Positions 1 to 8,872 of a stretch of 64,000 bases of DNA are shown piece after piece. This DNA is from an uncultured Bacteroidaceae bacterium. Lineage in GTDB: Bacteria > Bacteroidota > Bacteroidia > Bacteroidales > GCA-2748055. A program made the position numbers and the translations under genes. A model generated the notes under the pieces. That model was not told where the DNA came from, made no database searches, and saw only the letters and a program-made list of their open reading frames with translations. The stretch covers positions 14,082 through 78,081 of the forward strand of contig CAZIIU010000013.1 of NCBI GenBank assembly GCA_964539395.1. The letters run 5' to 3'. The stretch's first letter is position 1; each line of letters opens with the position of its first letter.

Positions 1-3000
1 TACATCCCGCATTCGAAGTAAACATAAAGGTGATTTTATTTACCCCCACATCGCCCATTGTCGGTTCAAAACTAAAACCCAGAATTTCATTGCCAAAAAC
101 CCCGGTACCACTAAATGTGAAACTTCCACCTGTATTTGGAGCAGCTTCGAGGGCAATTGAGGATCCATCCCTGCATATCTCTCCGGGAATGGCTTTGCTG
201 AATGAAATCTCCCTGATAAAGTCAAACTCGAGCTGCTCTTCAACGGTTATAACCTCACTCTTCCATACATATTCGTAAGTAACCTTATAGCTGGCAGATT
301 TCTCCGGGAGCCTTGAAGGATCAACAAGGGCCACGTTATCATTCGGATCAGCATCAATGATCGCATCCGGAACCGGAATTTCATCATCTCTTTCAATCAG
401 GAATAAATTAAAACTTCCTGTCAATCCGTCAACATTGGTTCCTGAAATCTCGAAAACCGGATCATTATAGCAAATAATACCTTCCCTGTCGACATCCGGG
501 TATACAATGGTTAATCCACCACTGGTAGGAAGCACAGTGAAATAGACAGTGTCTCTGCCAATACACCCTGTAGCCGGATCCTGGTAAGTATATCCGATGG
601 TGTGATCCATAGTATCCGTCACCCCGGCGATTGCCGGATAAAACCTGCCCTCGGAAGGCACAACACCCGGTCCGCTAAACAGACCGCCTGTTGGTGTCGC
701 CTGCAGGACATAAGAACCCCCACCCTCCGCAGCAAATACTTTTCTGATCGTTGGTGAAAACTTTGGTTCCGGAAGCGGATTAACGGTAACATCAACACTT
801 ACTGTATAAAAACCTGTCAATCCAAGCGCATCCTGAACGCTATGAAGGAGGTAAGTCCTGTCAGCTGAGGGCGACACCCTAACTGTCAGCTCATTACTAA
901 CACCTGAATAGATGCCGTATTCAGAACCATCTTCATACAACGTCACTTCATAAGGGGCCATTCCCCCGGAGATTACAATGAACAATTCCACCGTATCTTC
1001 TTCACACATAACTCCGCCTCCAAAAATATCAGCCTGGGGCGTTGTAGTAACTATAGCAACATCTTTACTGGAGATAATCCCGGAATATTCAGCTTGGTTT
1101 CCGGCAGGATCCATTAAAACAAGAGTAATATCCAGGTTTCCTGCATCAACTTCCCTGTCACCCGCTCCGACTTCATATCTTAATTCATATAAGTTTCCGC
1201 CAGTCGGAACAAGCATAACCCTTCCTGAGCCGGTCCCGATTTCATTCACAGTGGTCCGGTCTGAAAGCTGGAGCCCTGATTCACCGGTTGTAACTGTATA
1301 TACTATAACATCTCCCGGTATAGCTATACCACCTGAAGTCTCTTCAACAGAGGTAATTAACGGAGAATTGGCATCGATAACGGGATGAACCCCTGAGTAG
1401 CTCGTAACGGGTACACTGCTGTTCCCAACTCCATCAAGTAGAACAATATTTAGTGCCATTGGTAATGGGGGAACTACATCCGGATTTCCCTCTGTTATCT
1501 TATAAGTCAATTGGTAAATTCCACTTCCTGCATTATAAACCGATATTGCCGGGTCGGAAAGTGAAACGGTATTGACTGTGCTGTTCGTATGATCGAAGGT
1601 AAGATCTGCTTCGGGTGACTGGATGGTTACAACCAGCGACTCCCCGACTTTATAAATACCGTTGTTGATACTTACAAGGTTAAGAGTGGGTCGTTCTGTA
1701 TCCAGCAGATCGGATGACTGACTGATCGAACCGCTATATTGCAAACCGATATGAGAACCGTTCTGAAGTTGCAGACTCGTGTATGGTATATCTTCACCCG
1801 CATCATACTGGGGATTGCTTCCCTCTGACCCAATATCGAACTTAACCCGGTAAGTTGTTTGATTCACCCTCTCAAGCCCGTATACTGAACGCCCGGCAAT
1901 CGTGCCTCCAATAAGTGTAAACGTCTGTCCCCGGTCATCATTTACACTGAGCGTGGCTGTTACCGTCTCCCCAATTCCCATCCCCACATCGGGTATTGTA
2001 ACTGAATTGATTACCGGATCGATAATAGCAATCACCTCTACCCCGGGAGGTGTACTCGTAAGCGGTGCACTGCCAGACAACTCCGCGGCTTCCACAGACA
2101 TCCTGAAACGCTTATTCTCCGTAAGTGTGTTTTCATGATAGAGTGTAATATTGAGTTCATCAGCACTGAAGTAACTAATATCACCATTACTGGCAATATT
2201 GAGTACTGCTTCATCAAAAGGATCCCAGGTGAAACTGAAATTGTTCCTGTCAAAAGTGGTGTTGAACCATGTCTCTTCAATAAGCTTTACATTCAGTATT
2301 GCTCCGCTTAAAACTGAAGAGTTGATCGGACTCACTGGAACCGTTTCAATAACCATTGAAGGTTCGATCCGGCTGATTGAAGCAAAATTACCTGTTAAAA
2401 CACTGCTGCTACTGTTTGTCATTGCCGATGCAGGAACAGTGTACGAAACCTCTGCATTGGCAGTAATATCAAATCCGGGCAAAGCCGGAACAGTGATTGT
2501 TACAATATTTCCGGAGACATCTGTATTTGTGGCGCCCCTGTCGGAACCAAGAATTGCATCCTCCAACTCAGACGGATCCTGTGACGCTGAAAATGTGAGA
2601 CCCCTGACCAGGTCTCTGTTGATATTGTGGTCTGTGCCCAACTCTGAAACCCAACTGTCTTCATTCAGAGTAAGTGATATCTGGTAACTATTTGTCCGTA
2701 TCTCACCCTCTCCAACACCATCAAATGTGGCAAATCCGGTAATTGTTACTGGTTCAGGCATGATTGTTTTAACTTCCGGGGCCGTGTAAGTGCCTAATGA
2801 CGTATGCTGCAGATCAGCTGCCACAACAGTCACTTCAACTATTTCAGTTGACGTGATATCAAACCCGGGTGTACCGGGTATTGTAACAGTAACTACCGTT
2901 GCACTGGTCCTTGAAATGGTAAGGTTTGGGGTGATTTGTGTATCCCAGTTACCACCGGAAACGATCCTGTCGCGAAAATCAGTAGGTAATGTTGTCTCCC

Positions 3001-3520
3001 ATTGATCCCCGGTAAGGACAATCTCAAAGTTAATCGAACCTGAACGGATTGATGCCTCCGTATATGATTCATTGTCAATTGAAATGGAAGGATCCTCGTT
3101 GCTAATACTGATATCGGGTACTGCAGTAATATCCAGACCCCCCGATTTTAATGAGGCTGAGGGGACATAAAAAGTAATGGTTTCATCTGCATCTATATAA
3201 TATGCCTCAAATACCGGTATACTAATTCTTGCTACTGTGTCACTTTCCTCAAGGGTAACATTAGATGCATCAAGTGAGGCGACAAGGTCAACCCAGGCCG
3301 CACTCCCTCCGCTCATTCCAGCAAGAAAAGCAGCTGCATCCGTATCTGAACTTCCAACCTCCGAAAGCAACGTGTCGCCGGTAAGCGTAATAACAATTTC
3401 ATTGCTACCGGCCCTGATATCTGATTCGCTGGAAAAGGTATAGGTAAGTGTTGCAGACTGACTAAAAACAAACGGGGCAGACAGTGTCATTAAAAAGATA
3501 GGAAGAATCCTGGTTCTCAT
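1..3520 (-). CDS. Giant secreted cell-surface protein with repeated Ig-like/beta-sandwich modules (N-terminal ~1173 aa; 3' end lies outside the window)
   Basis: The minus-strand frame is open from ATG at 3518-3520 to the window edge, so it is absent from the ORF track, which needs a stop. Hand translation starts MRTRILPIFLMTLSAPFVFS/QSATLTYTF (signal peptide). A module repeats with ~130-aa period (VTIPGTPGFDIT encoded ~2850-2890; ITVPALPGFDIT encoded ~2460-2500). A GGLFSGPGV...GYTYQDPATGC block (~560-700) is typical of Bacteroidota giant adhesins. It lies 20 nt downstream of the preceding gene. Confidence 0.7.
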   Translation of the reverse strand, partial: MRTRILPIFLMTLSAPFVFSQSATLTYTFSSESDIRAGSNEIVITLTGDTLLSEVGSSDTDAAAFLAGMSGGSAAWVDLVASLDASNVTLEESDTVARISIPVFEAYYIDADETITFYVPSASLKSGGLDITAVPDISISNEDPSISIDNESYTEASIRSGSINFEIVLTGDQWETTLPTDFRDRIVSGGNWDTQITPNLTISRTSATVVTVTIPGTPGFDITSTEIVEVTVVAADLQHTSLGTYTAPEVKTIMPEPVTITGFATFDGVGEGEIRTNSYQISLTLNEDSWVSELGTDHNINRDLVRGLTFSASQDPSELEDAILGSDRGATNTDVSGNIVTITVPALPGFDITANAEVSYTVPASAMTNSSSSVLTGNFASISRIEPSMVIETVPVSPINSSVLSGAILNVKLIEETWFNTTFDRNNFSFTWDPFDEAVLNIASNGDISYFSADELNITLYHENTLTENKRFRMSVEAAELSGSAPLTSTPPGVEVIAIIDPVINSVTIPDVGMGIGETVTATLSVNDDRGQTFTLIGGTIAGRSVYGLERVNQTTYRVKFDIGSEGSNPQYDAGEDIPYTSLQLQNGSHIGLQYSGSISQSSDLLDTERPTLNLVSINNGIYKVGESLVVTIQSPEADLTFDHTNSTVNTVSLSDPAISVYNAGSGIYQLTYKITEGNPDVVPPLPMALNIVLLDGVGNSSVPVTSYSGVHPVIDANSPLITSVEETSGGIAIPGDVIVYTVTTGESGLQLSDRTTVNEIGTGSGRVMLVPTGGNLYELRYEVGAGDREVDAGNLDITLVLMDPAGNQAEYSGIISSKDVAIVTTTPQADIFGGGVMCEEDTVELFIVISGGMAPYEVTLYEDGSEYGIYSGVSNELTVRVSPSADRTYLLHSVQDALGLTGFYTVSVDVTVNPLPEPKFSPTIRKVFAAEGGGSYVLQATPTGGLFSGPGVVPSEGRFYPAIAGVTDTMDHTIGYTYQDPATGCIGRDTVYFTVLPTSGGLTIVYPDVDREGIICYNDPVFEISGTNVDGLTGSFNLFLIERDDEIPVPDAIIDADPNDNVALVDPSRLPEKSASYKVTYEYVWKSEVITVEEQLEFDFIREISFSKAIPGEICRDGSSIALEAAPNTGGSFTFSGTGVFGNEILGFSFEPTMGDVGVNKITFMFTSNAGC

Positions 3521-3540
3521 GTGTTAAGTTTTACTGTTTG

Positions 3541-4728
3541 TTAAAGACCACCGCGGGCATCTGTCTTAATCAATGTGATCAGCGTATTCCCTCCCTGTGA
3601 ACTCGAACCTGTAATAATCAAACCTCCATCTGCCGAAGTGTCAATAGACCTGCCTGTCTGGTTTCCTGAACCGCCAAATAATACCGGTTGCTCAATCTTT
3701 TTTCCTTCACCGTCAAGCAGCACCAGGCAAATATTCATATTTTCATTTTCCTCACGTGTTCCTACAATCGCAATCTCTCCCCCGGAATTGATCGTACAGT
3801 CTTCACCTGTTAAGTCTGCTCCCGGCTCTGAAATGGTTGCAAGCTTACTGACATTACGGATCTGGTTCTGAGTAAGTGAAAAAGTATATACCTGAATCTC
3901 ATTCAGGCCTGTAACTGTATTTTCCGTATAACCCATTGCAAGGTAGCCATCGTTGTATCTGACAATCGCACGGGCTATTTCATCATCGTTGGTCCCCATT
4001 ACCTTCGTATCAATCAATCCGCATTCTTCATTTATATACATGAGAAACAGATCCGTTCCATCCAGTGCACCTTCGTCATAAGTAGATGCACAGAGATAAC
4101 CCGATTCTGTTTCGATGAGATAATTAGCCTCATCATCGTCATCCCTGGCAGACCCGTTCAACTCATGCAAAAACACCCCGTCTTCATCCAACATAACTAT
4201 CCAAAGATTTTCATCCTCATCGGTTGTTTTTTTCCCAGCCAACACAAAACCCCCGCTTTTTCTCTCAACAACATGAAAAAGATCATCATCCTCATCTCCA
4301 CCGAGCCTCCGGCTCCACATTTCGTTCCCGGCAGCATCAGTGCGCACAACAAATATGTCTGTCTGAAATTCACCGTCTGATGTGGTGTCTGCAAGATTAC
4401 CCCCAAGAAGAAATCCATCCTCAAGAACAAGCAGGGCGTTTCCTGCAGTACGATATTGATTTCCAAAATAATACGGAGACCCCTCCACCTGATTTCCTGC
4501 TTCATCGGTTATTATCAGTACCATCTTTGCAACGGAATCGGGGACAATCGTTCCCGTTATTGCATAGCCGCCCGAGGGAAGTGCTTTAACATCCCTCCCT
4601 GCATCATTCAGAAAGCTTCCGTAGAACTTGACAAAAGAGCGTTTTTGTATCTCCGAAAGGTCATCAGTACATGTAACTAACAGGGCCGAAAAAAGCAGCA
4701 AAAGCAGATATATTAATCTGAATTTCAT
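3541..4728 (-). CDS. Probable lipoprotein with beta-propeller-like repeats
   Basis: 395-aa ORF. The N-terminus MKFRLIYLLLLLFSALLVTC has a signal peptide with a Cys lipobox-like site. Blocks of the form GGY/GGF..xG.....D..l...D..G...W recur about 6-7 times. There is a 1-nt gap to the upstream gene. No family name recognised. Confidence 0.65.
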   Translation of the reverse strand: MKFRLIYLLLLLFSALLVTCTDDLSEIQKRSFVKFYGSFLNDAGRDVKALPSGGYAITGTIVPDSVAKMVLIITDEAGNQVEGSPYYFGNQYRTAGNALLVLEDGFLLGGNLADTTSDGEFQTDIFVVRTDAAGNEMWSRRLGGDEDDDLFHVVERKSGGFVLAGKKTTDEDENLWIVMLDEDGVFLHELNGSARDDDDEANYLIETESGYLCASTYDEGALDGTDLFLMYINEECGLIDTKVMGTNDDEIARAIVRYNDGYLAMGYTENTVTGLNEIQVYTFSLTQNQIRNVSKLATISEPGADLTGEDCTINSGGEIAIVGTREENENMNICLVLLDGEGKKIEQPVLFGGSGNQTGRSIDTSADGGLIITGSSSQGGNTLITLIKTDARGGL

Positions 4729-4729
4729 T

Positions 4730-5800
4730 TTAGTGATCTATCTTTTTTGGATTATATACCGGAAGCATGAAACCAACAGAAAAACCCAGGCTGTTCATAG
4801 TAAAATTATCACTCACATAAAGGATATCCCATGGAAGCTTTCCTTCAAATCTGCCACTTGTCTTTACCTGGTTTTGCAGGTTCAGGCAATACCTGGCATC
4901 CAGAAAAAACTCCCCCGGTCCGAGTTTATATTTTAACCCAACACCTGCATAAGTCAGAAGGGAAAATGTCTTTCTGGCAGGCAATATGTCTTCATTTACA
5001 ACACTTACCGGGTTATATCTAAATGTGCCGGTGGTTGAATAGTCACGTGTTCCATCGGCTGTAGCAGCGATTAATATGCACGGACTGACACCAATTGAAA
5101 TAAAAGGTTTGAAATCTCCCTCTGCAAATGCATAGCTCAACCCAACAGGCAGTGCCATTCTGTTTTGTGTCTCGTTGTACCCGATAATTGAAAAGTCTGT
5201 TATATCCCCTGTAAAAGCTCCAGGATCTGATTCATTTTCCAGGGTATATTCATACCTGCTGGACATAGATAAGAACTCACCGGAAAGATAAAGCCCGGGG
5301 CCGATCCTCTTATCCAGACGAAAAGAAACATTGATGCCGACTCCTCCGGGTACATAACTACCCGGATGATTCACAAAGTCATGCGTTCCCATCCGGCCAG
5401 TGTTATGAACAACCGGAAATGAAAAATTAATACCAAAACTTCCCCCTATCAATAATACGGGCCTCGTATCATAAGTTTCCATCAGCTTCAAAAACTCCAG
5501 GGGATCTGTTGCAACCGGCTCATACGATGGAAATTCATTTAAGAATCTGAGCATGGTGGCATCCGCCTCTTCATAGTTGTCATCAAAGAGGTATGAGAGA
5601 ATGACCAGTTTATAGGCCTGGATTTTCTCTTCCGCCCTTAAACCGCTCTCGATACATCCGGCCAGTTTCTCCGGGACCGACTCGATCAATCCGGCATTAA
5701 ACATCTCCTGAGCCTCCTCAAGAATGAAGGAACATCCGTCCTGGGATGAAACATTACCGCTGAGAGCAATCAGAAGCAGCAAAGGTAAAAATCTCTTCAT
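4730..5800 (-). CDS. Secreted protein with an N-terminal TPR-like helical region and a C-terminal outer-membrane beta-barrel
   Basis: 356 aa. Signal peptide MKRFLPLLLLIALSGNVSS/QD. About 90 aa of helical sequence follow (EEAQEMFNAGL...YEEADATMLRFLNEFP). The rest has the alternating hydrophobic/aromatic pattern of small OM barrels. It overlaps the upstream gene by 4 nt (ATGA). Confidence 0.65.
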   Translation of the reverse strand: MKRFLPLLLLIALSGNVSSQDGCSFILEEAQEMFNAGLIESVPEKLAGCIESGLRAEEKIQAYKLVILSYLFDDNYEEADATMLRFLNEFPSYEPVATDPLEFLKLMETYDTRPVLLIGGSFGINFSFPVVHNTGRMGTHDFVNHPGSYVPGGVGINVSFRLDKRIGPGLYLSGEFLSMSSRYEYTLENESDPGAFTGDITDFSIIGYNETQNRMALPVGLSYAFAEGDFKPFISIGVSPCILIAATADGTRDYSTTGTFRYNPVSVVNEDILPARKTFSLLTYAGVGLKYKLGPGEFFLDARYCLNLQNQVKTSGRFEGKLPWDILYVSDNFTMNSLGFSVGFMLPVYNPKKIDH

Positions 5801-8800
5801 CGTTTGATTGTTTCAGTAACTAATATCGGACATGTTTCCGCATAATCTATATCATCGCCTATATAGAGGTCCCATTCTTCCCTTGTAAAATTCCTGTGTA
5901 TCATTCCACAAAATCCATCAGCGAGTTGTCCTGCTGTCACCGGTCTGGATTTCAAATTATTGCTGCCGCTTACAAGGTATTTTTCATCCGGGCTGAATAC
6001 AACAGTAAAGACAAAGCCACGGTTATCTTCCATTACAATCGGGGAAAGGTTCAGGTTCTTCATATCCCACATGAGGACCTTTCCGTCATAACTGCTGGAA
6101 GCAAGGTAATTGCTGTTCGGACTGAACCTAACAGTCTCAATACGGGCTGAACTACCCCTTAGGCTATGTGTCTGAGTCCAGCTTTTCGTTTCAAACAACC
6201 GAACGATTCCTCGTTGGTCGCCTGCAGCCAGATACTTTCCGTCAAAGCTGAAATCGAGCGAAATCACAGGATTCTGAACAAAGCCGGATATCGTATCTCG
6301 CATTTCAGGCTGTGTAGCCTGAATTAATACAATCATACCTGATCTGTTAGTCGCTGCGAGGATCTGTCCTCCCGGGGATAGCGCGATATCATCGAAACGT
6401 ATTTCTGAATGAGCAATTTGCCTGCTGGTCCCCGTCTCAATATTCCATTTCAGGATTTGCCTGTCGGAGCCTAATGAATAGAACTCTCTGGAGTCTTCGG
6501 TGAAAAGAATATCACTTACCCTTCCTTCATGACCGGTAAACAGAATAACGTCATTTTCCGGACCCGACAAATCATGGATGTGAATTCCGGCAGTCAGTGT
6601 TCCTACTGCAAGGTATCGTCCATTCGGACTTATAGAGAGTGCCTCAATGATCATCTCCTTTTCCGATACAACTACTGGCTCCACACCGGGTTCATTCATC
6701 GAAAAAGAGAGGATCCTGCCATCACTGCCGGCGCTAATAAACTGGTTTGTCCCTGGTTTAAAAACCACAGATTTTACTGACTGAATATGGCCACCGAATA
6801 CATTGTGCTGGTCGCCCAGCAATACCTTTCGGGCATCATAAAGACCCGAATAAACATCGGCCTCATGCATTTCACCTCCATACTCCATATTGTAAAGGTA
6901 GGCCTGAAAGGCCAGCAGTGCTTTCAGGTCGGGGTCATCATTTTTGTCGATCTGCAATGATTTTACAGCCATTGATTTTGCTATGGAAAGCATCCTGCGC
7001 TTGTAAGCCTCCTCACTGGCCTTAACAGCACGAAGTCGCTGCAGCTCCGCAGTATCGGCATTTGCCTGTGCAAGCGCTTCTGCAGCCTTCGCAGCCCTGG
7101 CACTCTCATCGGCAAGTCGCTGCCTGCTTTGTGCCAGTTCAGTTGCCCGTTCCGCCTCAAGCCTTCGCTGTTCTGCAAGGCTAGAGGCTATCACGGCGCG
7201 TTCCCGCTCGACATTTGCAGAATCCCTTGCTATAATTGCAGCTTCTTCCTGTTTTTTAGCCTCTTCTTCGTTTTGAAGAGCAAGCTCCCGTTGCTCCTCT
7301 GCCTCAATCCTCCTTGCTTCTGCCTGACTTTGAAGATCACGTGTCCAAAGAAAAAGTCCCATGGCAATGACGGCGATTCCCCCCAGCACCAGGCTGAATA
7401 TCCTGGTTACTTTCAACCTCCGACGCTGCAAACGTATCTTGTTCTCCTCTTCTTTCCTGAATTCTGAAGCACTTGTATCCAGAAAAACCATCGATCTTTC
7501 AAAAGCCGGATGGTACTGGACCGCCCAGGTAAGCGTGGGTTGTTGCATTTCACGCCAGTTAAGTGCCAACTGCAAGTCGGGGGGCCTCCATAAACCCGCT
7601 GTACCCGCCTGATAAAGCGCCGCTGCCTCTGAAAGTCTCCTGTACATCTGAACAGAAGAGGCCTCCTCATCCACCCAAAACCTCAGCCTGTCCCAGATAC
7701 GCATCAGGGATTCGTGAGATATATCAATCACACTCCCATCATTCAGCTCAACCGGCGCATAAGGTGTAAGAAAGGTTCTGCTGCCACTGCGGAAGACATC
7801 AGCAATCCTGATGATCTCCCCTGGAGTACACCTTGAAATTTCAGCAATTCTCTTAACCCCTGCAGGTCGTCTCACTCCCCGGTTATCGCCGCCCTTCTCT
7901 GTAATGGTTTTAAAAAGGCGCTCACAGATCATACGTTGGTTTTCATCCAACTCTTCGTAAGCCTCGTTGGCGTGATCCGACAAAGCCTTCTCCATCCTTC
8001 CGATGGCCTCATAATCACCTTTTGAAATTGCCTTTTGAGGATCATTCTGTAACATCCAGTAATCCCAGGTGCGCATGAGTGAGTGTTGCAAAACAGGAAG
8101 CTGATCCGTATTATCACCGATTTCATCAAGTAATTGCTCAACAAGTTCTGAATCGATATTGGCACCGCCCACCTTCACAGGTCCTTCTATAGCCCTCCGG
8201 AAGTCATCCCTGGTCATCTGGGGAATCAAATAATTACTTTGGTTAATAAGGGTTGTAAGATCCTGGTATACGGAACATTCTCCTATAAAATCAGATCGCA
8301 TGGTAAGCACAACACTAATCACATCCGGCCCGTTTGTACATGCATCGTGGATCAATTCAACAAACCTGTTGACATCCCCATGCTCAGTAGTTATTGTCCT
8401 TGAACTTCCGTAACGAAATATCTCTTCGAACTGATCAATAATAAGTAATAACTTTTGACCAGCAGGAAGAATTTCCCTAATCCATTCTTGAATAGAGAGT
8501 TTACCTGACAATAATCGCTCATGAATGTCTTCAGTGTCGCTTTTTTCGGACAATAGTGATATTGCACCTGCCAGGTTTCTGACCGGATTTATACCCGGTC
8601 TGGCCGAAACAGGTATCCAGTCATTCTCACTATCCGTCCTTAGAGCAGGAATAACCCCACAATAGATCAAAGAGGATTTCCCACTTCCCGAAGCTCCAAT
8701 GACTGCAACGAAATGGTTTGCCTTCAATGAACTCAGAACTGATATACTCTGTCCCTCCCTGCCAAAAAAGAGATGTGATTCATCCTGCCGAAAAGGTCGA

Positions 8801-8853
8801 AGACCTGGAAATGGATTGAAAACTGCATCGGAATGGCCGGGTTTATTGCTCAT
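5797..8853 (-). CDS. STAND-type P-loop NTPase, single TM helix, long coiled coil, WD40 beta-propeller
   Basis: 1018 aa. Motifs: FNPFPGLRPFRQDESHLFFGRE, Walker A GASGSGKSS (aa 53-61), Walker B LLLIIDQFEE. Hydrophobic segment IFSLVLGGIAVIAMGLFLWT at aa 484-503. E/A/R/Q-rich coil at aa ~505-620. WD40-like blades at aa ~685-1010 (e.g. GHIQSVKSVVFKP...SAGSDGRILSF; GHEGRVSDILF...SLGSDRQILKWN). Confidence 0.85.
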   Translation of the reverse strand: MSNKPGHSDAVFNPFPGLRPFRQDESHLFFGREGQSISVLSSLKANHFVAVIGASGSGKSSLIYCGVIPALRTDSENDWIPVSARPGINPVRNLAGAISLLSEKSDTEDIHERLLSGKLSIQEWIREILPAGQKLLLIIDQFEEIFRYGSSRTITTEHGDVNRFVELIHDACTNGPDVISVVLTMRSDFIGECSVYQDLTTLINQSNYLIPQMTRDDFRRAIEGPVKVGGANIDSELVEQLLDEIGDNTDQLPVLQHSLMRTWDYWMLQNDPQKAISKGDYEAIGRMEKALSDHANEAYEELDENQRMICERLFKTITEKGGDNRGVRRPAGVKRIAEISRCTPGEIIRIADVFRSGSRTFLTPYAPVELNDGSVIDISHESLMRIWDRLRFWVDEEASSVQMYRRLSEAAALYQAGTAGLWRPPDLQLALNWREMQQPTLTWAVQYHPAFERSMVFLDTSASEFRKEEENKIRLQRRRLKVTRIFSLVLGGIAVIAMGLFLWTRDLQSQAEARRIEAEEQRELALQNEEEAKKQEEAAIIARDSANVERERAVIASSLAEQRRLEAERATELAQSRQRLADESARAAKAAEALAQANADTAELQRLRAVKASEEAYKRRMLSIAKSMAVKSLQIDKNDDPDLKALLAFQAYLYNMEYGGEMHEADVYSGLYDARKVLLGDQHNVFGGHIQSVKSVVFKPGTNQFISAGSDGRILSFSMNEPGVEPVVVSEKEMIIEALSISPNGRYLAVGTLTAGIHIHDLSGPENDVILFTGHEGRVSDILFTEDSREFYSLGSDRQILKWNIETGTSRQIAHSEIRFDDIALSPGGQILAATNRSGMIVLIQATQPEMRDTISGFVQNPVISLDFSFDGKYLAAGDQRGIVRLFETKSWTQTHSLRGSSARIETVRFSPNSNYLASSSYDGKVLMWDMKNLNLSPIVMEDNRGFVFTVVFSPDEKYLVSGSNNLKSRPVTAGQLADGFCGMIHRNFTREEWDLYIGDDIDYAETCPILVTETIKR

Positions 8854-8872
8854 AGAATCATGTTTTTAATAT

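Noticed and set aside
6981-7670. Cluster of 65-112-aa ORFs on both strands across the coiled-coil region of the STAND gene
   Set aside because: They arise from the biased GAA/GCA/CGN composition of the E/A/R-rich coil. All lie inside a continuous 1018-aa ORF.
5797-8853. STAND NTPase as an Avs/NLR-like antiphage defence gene
   Set aside because: There is no nuclease, TIR, protease or other effector domain. The protein is membrane-anchored and embedded by overlapping junctions in a six-gene envelope operon. No mobile-element or defence-island neighbours are present. Defence cannot be excluded, but the sequence does not support it.
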